Assembly (NCBI RefSeq): GCF_006345805.1
Contig: NC_043004.1
Coordinates: forward strand, 25,482,001-25,546,000
DNA: 64,000 nt
Direction: 5' to 3'
DNA from: Octopus sinensis
Taxonomy: Eukaryota
The position numbers and the translations under genes were made by a program. The notes under the pieces are model-generated. The model was not told where the DNA came from. It made no database searches and worked only from the letters and a program-made list of their open reading frames with translations. Below, in pieces: positions 49,190 to 59,338 of the stretch. Each line of letters opens with the position of its first letter. The stretch's first letter is position 1.

Positions 49190-49785
49190 GATAATAATGA
49201 TTTCAAATTTTGGCAAAAGGCCAGAAATTTTTAGGGGAGGAAGGAAGTTGATTGCATTGATCCCAAGGCTCAACTGGAACTTATTTTATTGACCCTGGAA
49301 GAACAAAAGGTAAAACTGACCTCAGCAAAATAATAATAATGGATTCAAATTTTGCCACAAGGGCAGCAATTTTGGAGGAGAGGATGAGTCGATTACACTG
49401 ACCCTAGTGTTCAAATGTTACTTATTTTATCAACTCCAAAAGGATGAAAGGCTAAGTTGACCTTGGTGGAATTTGAACTTAGAACGTAAAGATGGACGAA
49501 ATAGCATTTTGCCTGGCATGCTAATGATTCTGTCAGCTTGTTGCCTGAATAGTAATAATAATAATACTTTCTACTATATTCTACTATGGGCACAAAACCC
49601 GAAATTTTTGGGGAGGGGACTAGTTGACTATATCAACCCCAGTACTTGACTAGTATTCATTTCTTTGATCTCGAAAGGATGGAAGCAAAATCGACCAAAG
49701 TGGAATTTGAACCCAGAACAAAAATTAGATGAAATGTCGCTAAGTGTTTTGTCAGCCAGTTTGCCACCTTAATAATAATAATACT
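49190..49785 (-). mobile_element. Three head-to-tail SINE copies with a Meta/MESC-like central domain
   Basis: Minus strand repeats GAGTTCAAATTCC.CC.AGGTC.ACTT.GCCTTTCATCCTTT.G.G.T.GATAAAATAAGT three times, separated by (ATT)n runs. Confidence 0.65.
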
Positions 49786-49857
49786 AAAAAAGCCAAATAA
49801 AGGTTTATCAATTTTTTTTTTTACAAAGCTTTCAGCAGAGCTCTTTAGTTTGGCAGA

Positions 49858-50367
49858 TTACTGCATGGCAAACAAATAAACAGCAAATAACTCAGCAGGT
49901 AATCCGTCCTGTTTCTCTATTTTAACAACTTTCATTCCTGATTTTTTGATGATGTTAATGAACTCAGATTTTGGCCGGGTAAAACAGCTGTCAGTTTCAT
50001 CAAACACTCGGTCTTCTGTGGTTACATTTTCTTTAATGGCAATCAAGCCCCCACTCACTAAGGCGGCTTTGCAGCGTTTCAAGAAGGACACAAAATCAGA
50101 ATTACTAAGGTAACCAAGGACCCACTGGCACCAAATTACATTGTATCTGCCAGGTTCAGGAACAAAATCTTGCAGGGAGTTGCAAATGTAACGGTCCACT
50201 TTTGACTTTTTGTCTCCCAGGTAGGTTTCTGCACGGCTTAAAAATTTTTGGTTCAGGTCTAACATGTCAACATGATTGAAGAGTGGTGTCAGTAGATGTT
50301 TTGTTACTCTGCCAATACCAGCACCACAATCTAGAGCTCTATTGTTGTCAATGCTACCACCATGAGT
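49858..50367 (-). CDS. NTMT1: N-terminal Xaa-Pro-Lys N-methyltransferase 1, last coding exon (169 aa + stop)
   Basis: Acceptor TTTTTTTCTTCTTAATTTCAG. Reads THGGSIDNNRALDCGAGIGRVTKHLLTPLF...LQDFVPEPGRYNVIWCQWVLGYL...IKENV...DETDS. Phase 0 joins the upstream exon to give 220 aa. Confidence 0.95.
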   Translation of the reverse strand, partial: THGGSIDNNRALDCGAGIGRVTKHLLTPLFNHVDMLDLNQKFLSRAETYLGDKKSKVDRYICNSLQDFVPEPGRYNVIWCQWVLGYLSNSDFVSFLKRCKAALVSGGLIAIKENVTTEDRVFDETDSCFTRPKSEFINIIKKSGMKVVKIEKQDGLPAELFAVYLFAMQ

Positions 50368-50869
50368 CTGAAATTAAGAAGAAAAAAATGTTAGGGTATG
50401 AAGAGGAATGAATTAAATATGATGCTTTGAACAGACAAAATTAGTTTATAAAAGACTCTGGATATGGAAATCAATTGAAGACAGCTGAGATACTGTGTGT
50501 AAGGGACATGGGAAATTGAATGGAAATGATGGGACATTGAGGGTGCACTCAAAGAACAAGTCAAAATGGGATCTTTGTGGTTATTGTCACTATCTACAAT
50601 TTTGTTCCAACTGTTTTCAAATTTGGTACATGGATTAAATTTTGTATACTAATTATGAAAATGAAATTCATTTTTCCTATAAATTCATAATTAAAAAGTT
50701 ATTATCCTTTAAAATTTGGGTATTTTAGCCAATCATAAGTGAATATTTTACACATCACTGTGAAGTTCTGTTAGCATTGTAAGCAAAGAAGTACCACATG
50801 TTCCATAGCACATTGCAAAGAACTCTGTCTCCATAGTAACCAAAGATGCTGCATATGTGCACAAGGAGT

Positions 50870-51056
50870 GCAACCACCAAACTGAGTGTAATCAACAAAT
50901 TGAGAGTACCTGGGCATCTTTAAAGCATAGAAATAAATGCTGATGTGAGACACACCATTCCATGGTTGACACTTTGTCAATTTATATGGAGAAGGAGATA
51001 TGAGAAAGAATTTATTTTATAAAATCCTAAAGTGTATTGCAAACTTACATTCTTGA
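50870..51056 (+). mobile_element. Merlin (IS1595/ISXO2-like) transposase C-terminal remnant in the NTMT1 intron
   Basis: NQQIESTWASLKHRNKC*CETHHSMVD, frameshift, CQFIWRRRYEKE, then FYKILKCIANLHS*. Matches the IESxW...K......G......YL.EF.WR motif. Confidence 0.65.
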
Positions 51057-52049
51057 ATTTTTTAAAACTAATAAATGTCTGTTTAAGCAATGTTTTGACT
51101 TATTTCTAGCAACTCTTGTTGATTTGCTCATAGCTTTTAAATATTTAATTTGCTATGAATGTTTTAATGTTTTTCAATGTTTACTGTAGCTAGTTTAATG
51201 GTTTGACATGCCTGTGCCCCACCCCTCTTACTACTGAGACAGATGATAGAAGAGGCAGCGAACGCAATGTTTTCTGATTGGCTGCACATTCTGAGAATTA
51301 TCTCAGCTTGAACACCTGTAACATTTTCGCAAAATTTTTCTGGAGTAAATGAATAACAAATTTGGATTCAGTATCAAAAATTGCATCTATATGATACATA
51401 AAAATTTTTTTTAAAGATTTCAACATGCAGCGATGATAAGCACAAAGATCTTCAAAATGACAAGCGATGAAGGGACATCAGAAGACTATGTATATTGTTC
51501 ATATGAGTTGGACTGGTATCCTATCCTGATTGCTGCTTTCACTATGTTTCAGCTGTTGTACACTCCAGCCTTCTTCAGGTATCTTGTGTTGAACATGATT
51601 GTTGTATCAGAATTTCAAGCCTAACCCTTTATTTGATTTACAAGAGTACACTGTTCTCATTCCTCTCTGTTTTGTGACTTTTTTTTTCATTTGCTTCAGT
51701 TGATTTCTTGTGAATTACCTTCATGTCTTGTCTGGGATTGAACTCAGAACCCCTGGGTGCATGCACTGCATTCACCAACATCTTTATCTACTCCGCTAAG
51801 TCCATAGGCAGTGACAAAGCGAATTTTTTTAAAGATTTACAAACTTCATGTCTATGTAATCCATTGTGTCAGTCTGCCTTCTTTTTAAATTATTGGTTTC
51901 CACAACTGTATTCATCTCTGCATTTGGCCTGCTAAGGAGGTTGTTATGTCCTAGCATATGCGCTGCTTCCTGAAGCTTTCTAATTTTCTAGTGGTGCTCT
52001 CTATTTATTATTGACCAAATCCCACAGTCATTTTTCCATGTCATTGGCT

Positions 52050-52203
52050 ATACCAGACTTTTCAGTGTTAGGAAGGGCATCCAGCCGTAGAAACATTGCC
52101 AGGTCAGACTAGGCCTGGTGCAGTCTTCTGGCTTCCCAGACCCCAGTTGAACCGTCCAACCCATGCCAGCATGGAAAGCGGACGCTAAACGATGATGATG
52201 ATG
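52050..52203 (+). mobile_element. RTE 3'-tail fragment
   Basis: TTAGGAAGGGCATCCAGC...CCATGCCAGCATGGAAAGCGGACGCTAAACGATGATGATGATG. Confidence 0.8.
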
Positions 52204-52758
52204 TAATGGATTCCAACGTTCATCTACTCTTACTTTAGTGGGGGAAGCAATGTTTCTCTTTTGTATACTTTACTGCAGCTGCATGGGGAGGCTTCACCTG
52301 GAAGAGATGTCTGCAAAGTGTTGAATTACTTTAGTATACTCTCCTGATATCATACGGACCACATATCTTTTGAGGCCTCTGACATAAGAGTGGGTAGTAT
52401 GCTTGCCAGGTAGTTGCTACATAGTGGAGTGTTTCTTAACCTGATCATTCCTATTCTAGCACACCCTGCTACCATGTAACAGCTATCTGCAAGAAATAGC
52501 AGCCAAATCTTTCCTTTTTGGGGGAAAGGAGCTATTTACACATGATTTCGATGCCACATTCGTTGAAAGCATGTGAAATAACCTGATGGGGGGGGGGGGC
52601 ACGAGACAAAACTCTGTTGCTGGAAAACTCAGAGTTTCCCGGTGATCCAACGGGTCATGGGTAGTCTAGTATCTTATATCTCTGTATGTGTCTGCATGCA
52701 CATATGGCTACATAAGCATGTTTAGGGGATGAATGTGTGTATATGTATCATCATCATC

Positions 52759-52963
52759 TAACATTGCAAGGGGCGAGATCTGGGGAATACGGTGGTTGTT
52801 GGGCCTAGGGAATGCTGTACCTAGCCAAAAACTGCTGCACAAGTTGTGCTAAATGGGCAGGTGTGTTGTCATGGTGCAATTGCCACTCACCGGACGCATG
52901 CAATTGTGGCCTTTTCTGATGAATAGCATCCCACAAATGCCGCAAAACATCATGGTGTACTCC
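52759..52963 (-). mobile_element. Mariner transposase fragment
   Basis: HDVLRHLWDAIHQKRPQLHASGEWQLHHDNTPAH...PPYSPDLAPC. Confidence 0.85.
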
Positions 52964-53566
52964 TAGCTGCTCTGACAACGATCACACTTGGATGGTGCTC
53001 TTAACGCTCCACTAGCACGGATGCCAGTCATCGAATTTGATTTTGATTTCACTTGCCTCAACAGGTCTTTGCAAACAGAGTTTAGTGTCAAATGAAGGAA
53101 AGGTATGCATAAGTGGGCTGGTTACACCCCTAGCATAGGCCGCGAGGTTATGGTCTCACTTGGCTTGCCGGGTCTTCTCAAGCACAGCATATTTCCAAAG
53201 GTCTCAGTCACTAGTCCTTGCCTCGGTGAGGCCTAGTGTTTGAAGGTCGTGCTTCACCACCTCGTCCCAGGTCTTCCTGGGTCTGCCTCTTCCACAGGTT
53301 CCCTCAACCCCTAGGGCGTGGCACTTTTTCACACAGCCTATCCTCATCCATTCTCGCCACATGACCATACCAGCGCAGTCGTCTCCCTTGCACACCACAT
53401 CTGATGCTAACCAAGTCAGTAGAAGGGGAGGATACGCTCAAAGTGTGGCTGCGAGAATAAGAATAGCCTGGGCAAATTTCAGAGAGCTCTTACCTCAGCT
53501 GGTGACAAAGGGCCTCTCACTCAGAGTAAAAGGTAGACTGTATGACACATGGGTACGAACAGCCAT
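52964..53566 (-). mobile_element. RTE fragment with inverted 5' segment
   Basis: 52964-53405 (minus) corresponds to about 12739-13135 of the reference copy. 53408-53566 (plus) corresponds to about 12430-12587. Confidence 0.8.
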
Positions 53567-53937
53567 GTATGTATATATGTGCACGAGGGAACATGTGTGC
53601 GTATATATATCTATATAAGTACATACATGTGTGTCTGAGTGTATGGGCACATACATGCGTGCCTGTGCAGGTGTAGGCATGTGCATGTATAGGCATGTGT
53701 GCGTATATATATATATATAATTAAATTTACATACACTTGTACACCTGTGCACATAAATGTTAATTATTTAGATACACACATTCAGACACCAAAAGTTTAC
53801 AAAACCATTAAAACAAATATGCTTTCCTTGAAATGCTAAAGAGTAAACAAAATAATTTAAAATTTCATTAATCAATCAGAATTAATTGACCAACATGGAT
53901 TTATATTAACTTCTTCTCAGAAGTGTACATGTGGATG

Positions 53938-54306
53938 CATTCTTTTATTTGTTTCAGTCATTTGACTGTGGCCATGCTGGAGCACTGCCTTTAGTTGAAC
54001 AAATCAACCTCAGGACTTATTCTTTGTAAGCCTAGTACTTATTCTATCAATCTCTTTTTGCCAAACTGCTAGGTTATGGGGACGCAAACACACCAACATT
54101 GGCTGTCAAGCAATGGTGGTGGGACAAACACACACACACATATATATATATACATACAACGGACTTCTTTCAGTTTCCGTCTACCAAATCCACTCACAAG
54201 GTTTTGGTCAACCTGAGGCTATAGCAGAAGACACATGCTGAAGGTGCTACGCAGTAGCACTGAACCCGGAACCATGTGGTTGGGAAGCAAGTTATTTACC
54301 ACATAG
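53938..54306 (-). mobile_element. Composite tRNA/CORE-type SINE
   Basis: tRNA-like head with GGTTCCGGGTTCAGT at about 54260-54300, central (TA)(TG) tract, and the same 3' domain as 46435-46570. Confidence 0.7.
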
Positions 54307-56042
54307 CTTAAATGGACATTTTACACAAATCGGGTTTGTTTCCTCATAACTTAGAACCCCCCCCCCCACCAAAAAAAAAAAGTTATTTTCTAATGAAATT
54401 TTCTACAAATATCGTTCAAAGTGTGCAGTTTACAATTATTTCGGAATTTAATATGAAAAAAAAAAGGTGAGCGCACACTCGACAATTTTTTTTCGAAATT
54501 TCAGGTTTCATTTTGTAGATATATGACGTGTCAGTATGTATTTGTGAGTCCACCAATTTTCTAAAAATACACTTTATAGCGTACTCATAGAGATTTTCAT
54601 TAATATCCATTTTTTCCCCAGGAAGTTATAAGGACTTAAAGTCTGAGGTACTAGTCGTGGAGACTGGACCCGGTGCGTGCACACGCGCAAGCCGGTCGTA
54701 GGTAGTCGATCCTACAGCGACTTGCGTATGCAAATGAGCTGATTGGCGCAACACTGCAAAAGCTAAGTTAATAGCGAGCCCCTACTGAAGCTTAGGAAAT
54801 ATTTTTCAACGATATACGGTGTATATTATTTTAAAGACAATTGTGTTTTTTTTTTTCGTTACAAAACAATTAACCTGTCGTGTGTGTGTCTTTGTTTATC
54901 TCCCACCACCGCTTGACAACCGGTGTTGGTTTGTTTATGTCCCCGCGGAGTTTTTTTTTTTTTAAAAGTACTGGAGTCGATTCGTTCGACTAAGCCCTTC
55001 AAGGTAGTGGCCCAGCATGGCCGCAGTCCAATTGCTGAACAAGTAAAAGAAGATACGATACCCATGCCCACAAAGAACGTTGTAGTTAGCTCGAAGCATT
55101 GTAGTACAAAAGAAAAATGAATGAAATGAGAAATAAGGAAAACTTGTAACAATGCAGAAAGTTGAAAACACCTTTATATCTCGGGTGCAAAGCCTATCTT
55201 CAGAAGAATACAGTCGAAGAAATGTGTAATTACATAGATCCAGCCATTTTGGAAAGTCTTGTGCTTTTTGCTAGTAGCAGCAGCACTCTCAATGCATTTG
55301 GAGAGCTACTGCTACTAATAAAGGATCTCTGTAAATACATTACTTTGTATTCTTCTGAAGATAGGCTTTGCGCTCGAAATTTAAAGGTTTTTAAAACTTT
55401 CTTTATCGTTGGATTACGTTCTTTCTCATTTCATTCATTTTACATACACTCACACACAAAAATGTAAACTCCTTGTGAACTGTCCAGCCATGTGACTTGT
55501 GTGGATATTTTCGTAATATCAAATATTTAATTTTTTTAAAAAAGGAATTAATAAAAATATTGGCAATCTTTCGTCTCAACAAACTAATTGTAGCGATAAA
55601 AGGATATTTTAGCTGAATTCAACAAAATATAAACAGAGTAGCTGACGTAGTTGTTAATGAAGCTAGAAAAATCAAATCACTGAAACCACACTATCCTGGT
55701 TTTAAAACATGAAGCACAGATAATGTAGCTGAGAATAGACAAAGTGACAGTATGGTAACGGTTAGATACACTACTGATCAAAAGACAGCATGGTGAGATC
55801 TGTCCCAAGACAATATACCGCCACCAAACTAGGAAAGGAGCGTACACAGGGTGGAAGGTGAAATAACAGCCAGAGCACAAGATATATAGTGTAATCCTTG
55901 ATACATTAGGCCGAGAGAGAAAATGAGCGAAGGACGTGATTTGATGGTGCTATGCTTGCTTTCGCAATATACCCTCTTCCACCGCCAACAAGGTGCCCCA
56001 GTTTGAATGACATCTGCGTGTTTTAAGAAAATTTTTACTCAC

Positions 56043-56195
56043 CTTCAGAAAAGATCGAAGGAAAATTGATGACGTTTTAATATCTATGGGCGACACTTGT
56101 GGAAAACCTCCAAGCATGCCATCAATTGTAGCTGGAACTTTCTCCCAATAACATCTAGAATTTTCATAATATTCTTCTCCTTCTCTTGATGCCAT
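56043..56195 (-). CDS. NTMT1: NTMT1 first coding exon (51 aa)
   Basis: MASREGEEYYENSRCYWEKVPATIDGMLGGFPQVSPIDIKTSSIFLRSFLK followed by donor AAG|GTGAGT. The YW...P.T.DGMLGG motif is characteristic of NTMT1. Confidence 0.93.
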
Positions 56196-56557
56196 TCTAC
56201 AAAACAATACGACTTCAGCAGCTTAGCGGCAACTTACACCCAATTACCTACCTTGAGAGTAGCTCTTTAAAAACAAAAAATCCCCATGTACTTTTAGGGG
56301 TTTTATTATATATATTTTGGGGGTTATTCTTGGTTATCTCCCTTCAGCCAGCCTTCGCGCTCATCTGAGTTTTGAAACGGCAAATTCATTTAAGCATCGG
56401 AATAAATCCTTGCTATATTTGTTCCGGTTTAGATCCCGCTGAAATCAACTTTACTTTTCATTCTTCCGAGTTCCATAAAATAAAGTACCAGTCAACTTAG
56501 GTCGTTGGTATCCCTCAAGATACTTTCCTTGTGCCTAAATCAGAAACCATTTTTTAC

Positions 56558-56678
56558 TATTCTGTTGTGTCTGGGGAGAGTCATTCTCTTTTAGTGCCTT
56601 ATTATTTAACACACTCACCGGTAAAATATATATATAGGGCACTAAAAGAGAATGACTCTCCCCAGACACAACAGAATA
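56558..56678. mobile_element. Short TA-flanked MITE / perfect 41-bp-stem hairpin
   Basis: TATTCTGTTGTGTCTGGGGAGAGTCATTCTCTTTTAGTGCC (56558-56598) and its exact reverse complement (56638-56678), with a 39-nt spacer. Confidence 0.85.
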
Positions 56679-56964
56679 TGCTTCAACACACGAACTCATA
56701 TAAAGAATCTTGCAAACCAAATCCAAAAACGAAATATTTTTATTATTTCATTGTCTATGAAATCGACGAAAGCATTCCACCGCAGTATTTCATTTTATCG
56801 GCCAGACAGACCCGACACATTATACTTTAAATACTTTGACTAACTCTCTAACGATTCTTCCAATCAATGTTTATCTAGTAATAGAAGATACCATTTATTT
56901 ATAAATAAACACGGACCCGAAAAAGAAAAAAAGAAAAAGGAAAACGGCGAACCTTCGGTGTTTT

Positions 56965-57300
56965 GGTTAAACTAAAGCGTTAAACTCGGTCAAAAAAACA
57001 AAAAAAAATTTGTGTAATAGGCGTAAAACAACTTCCTCTAAACGAATATGAAAAAAAATGCGCGCACGCGAAAGGGGAATGGGGAGAGGCCTCGGAAAAT
57101 TTACATCGGGAATTTCCGAAAGCGTCTGAGGGGATGACCCGGGCACTAAAACAAAAACAAAAATAGTGTAATAGGTGTAAAACAACTTGCTCTAAACGGG
57201 GGGTGGGGGAGAGGTCTCGGAAATTTCACATCTTCAGTCCCGGGCTTTAAACTAAGAAAAAAATAGTGTAATTGGTGTAAAACTACTTGTTCTAGGCGAT
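56965..57300 (+). mobile_element. Solo arm of the modular Merlin-like foldback family
   Basis: Starts GGTTAAACTAAAGCGTTAAACTCGGTC. Three copies of the GTGTAATAGGTGTAAAACAACTT module, related to 26932-27358. Confidence 0.55.
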
Positions 57301-57644
57301 TATCAAGAACACACACTCACACATGAATCATAAACTCCGAGGCTTCTTTTTTTTTGTTATATATGGGGAGGGGGTTAGGGCTAGGGGGGGGAGAAATGGG
57401 TTTCTGTTATCTTCAGAAATGTAAACAAAGTCACGTGCGTACCCATACCCAAGCATCGCCAGGGAAACTAACGTTTGTAGTGGCAGAAAGTTATTAACTT
57501 TCTTTCGATGTGAGCATATAAAATGGCCACCGTAAAACTGGAACTGGGGACATCTCTTTTTTCGCGAATTTCATGATCATGTATTCGTTCTAATTACTAA
57601 GGAAAGTGAGATCTTACGCAATAAAAAAGATAACGGCGAGTTTA

Positions 57645-57782
57645 TGTAGTAACAACTTGCTTCTTAACCACATTGTTCGGGTACTGTCCCACAGTGTGAC
57701 ACCTTGGGCAAGTGTCTTTTATTACAGCCTCTGGTCGACCAGACCTTTGTATGTGGATTTGGAAGACGGAAACTGAAAGAAG

Positions 57783-57790
<8 letters not shown>
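57645..57790 (+). mobile_element. tRNA/CORE-type SINE head
   Basis: ACCTTGGGCAAGTGTCTT (CORE-like) followed by GGATTTGG.AGACGGAAACTGAAAGAAGCCC and a (TA)n tract. Confidence 0.65.
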
Positions 57791-57837
<47 letters not shown>

Positions 57838-57912
57838 ATTTATACAGGGCTTCTTTCATATATATATATATATATATTTATACAGGGCTTCTTTCATATA
57901 TATATATATATA
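57787..57912. repeat. (TA)n microsatellite interrupted by two copies of TTATACAGGGCTTCTTTCA
   Basis: Read directly from the sequence. Confidence 0.9.
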
Positions 57913-58039
57913 ATAATAAGAGTAAATAATTTCTTCGATGGTTTTTCAGACAACCAACAATTATTTACCAGTAGATTTCGGTATATAAATATGACCATTT
58001 GCGGCGGGAACTTCTGTGAAGTTCAGTATATATTGTATA

Positions 58040-58386
58040 TAAGTAGAAGGACAGGCAACAAGTTGCTTTGCCACATACCGAAAGAATTAGAAATAGCAGT
58101 CAGAGACTGTTTATTTCTATTTTCTACAAGTGGGGCTCCACATACGACATAACCCTGCAATTCACATATGCAAAATAGGAGGAATAAATAACGAAAACAA
58201 TGCCTTACCGTTAATGGTGAACATGTTTCTAGATCGGAAGTAAGAAAATTATTTTCTTACTTCCGATCTAGAAACATGTCGTATGCGGAGCCCCACTTGT
58301 AGAAAATAGGAATAAACAGTCTCTGACTGCTATTTCTAATTCTCTCGGTATGCGGCAAAGCAACCTGTTGCCTGCCCTTCTACTTA
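58040..58386. mobile_element. MITE with 111-bp TIRs containing a perfect 59-bp palindrome
   Basis: Arms 58040-58150 and 58276-58386 (6 mismatches). Internal palindrome at 58221-58279. Confidence 0.85.
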
Positions 58387-58391
58387 TGTAC

Positions 58392-58423
<32 letters not shown>

Positions 58424-58426
<3 letters not shown>

Positions 58427-58463
58427 GAGGACGTAAACACACCAACAACGGTTGTAGGACACA

Positions 58464-58527
<64 letters not shown>

Positions 58528-58680
58528 TGTGTCCTACAACCGTTGTTGGTGTTTACGTCCTCGTAACTTAGTGGTTTGGCAAAAGAAACTGATAGAATAA
58601 GTACCGGGCTTAAAATGAAAGTCACTTCATTCCTTTAAAATTCAAGGTGGTGTGCTTCAGCATAACTGAAACAAAAAAAA
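58424..58680 (+). mobile_element. SINE 3' domain whose first 41 bp are duplicated in inverted orientation across (TA)29
   Basis: 58424-58466 is the reverse complement of 58525-58565 apart from one AC insertion. Confidence 0.8.
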
Positions 58681-59338
58681 AAAACAAAAAAAATACTTCT
58701 GTCTGTGTTGTTCATATACCTGGCACTGGCAAATCTGAATTAATTCTCTCGGCACTAATTTTTGTTTAATGTGTGCAAATTAACTAGGCCCTCAACGTAT
58801 TCTACCATTTTTGTATATATCTAAGCCCCTTGGCTGATGGAGATAAGGTTAGATAGACAACAGTCATGCTGATGGTGCCTACTGAGGCAGAAACATGTTA
58901 TAAAAGTCCTCTTATCTCCAGACAATGTTTTTTTCTAACTTGATGTCAACTTTGAAGAATTTTTGATTCTCAAGGTGATCTCCCCTTCTCATCTGGGGTA
59001 TATCTTAATTGCCATATGGTAATTGCTAATGGTATTTGTCTTTGTTATTTATATACACGCCACTGGCCACTCTGAGTTATTTTTCTCAGCCCATTTTTGC
59101 TTAATAATGTATGTATGTATGTAGGTATTACTATCTCCTTATCCTGATATCATGTGATAGTTGTGGATGATCTGAAGATTCATGCTAAGAATATAAGCAG
59201 TGCCAAAATACAGCTGGAGTAAATAACAACATTTTCAATTGACACACAAATAGAATTTGTTTAAAACAAATGTTTATATTTGATTGTTGAGTGTGGAAAA
59301 ACATGATTGCTGCTCAGTGCTTTGTGAACACTATAAAG

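Noticed and set aside
51511-51578. Minus-strand CUGAAGA...GAAAC hammerhead-like core in the NTMT1 intron
   Set aside because: Stem II is plausible, but stems I and III cannot be formed with any nearby NUH triplet.
49858-56195. Functional link between NTMT1 and the neighbouring ZNF proteins
   Set aside because: The ZNF N-termini (MEGI, MEEI) do not match the X-P-K/R substrate motif; adjacency alone is not evidence.
55950-56207. ORF-track extension of NTMT1 (TTG start at 56207 and read-through to 55950)
   Set aside because: The ATG at 56195 follows a splice acceptor, homology ends at the GTGAGT donor (56042), and the rest is intron.
57108-57117. Perfect NF-kB-type site GGGAATTTCC upstream of NTMT1
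   Set aside because: A single 10-mer inside a TE arm, not conserved in sister arms; compatible with chance in 64 kb.
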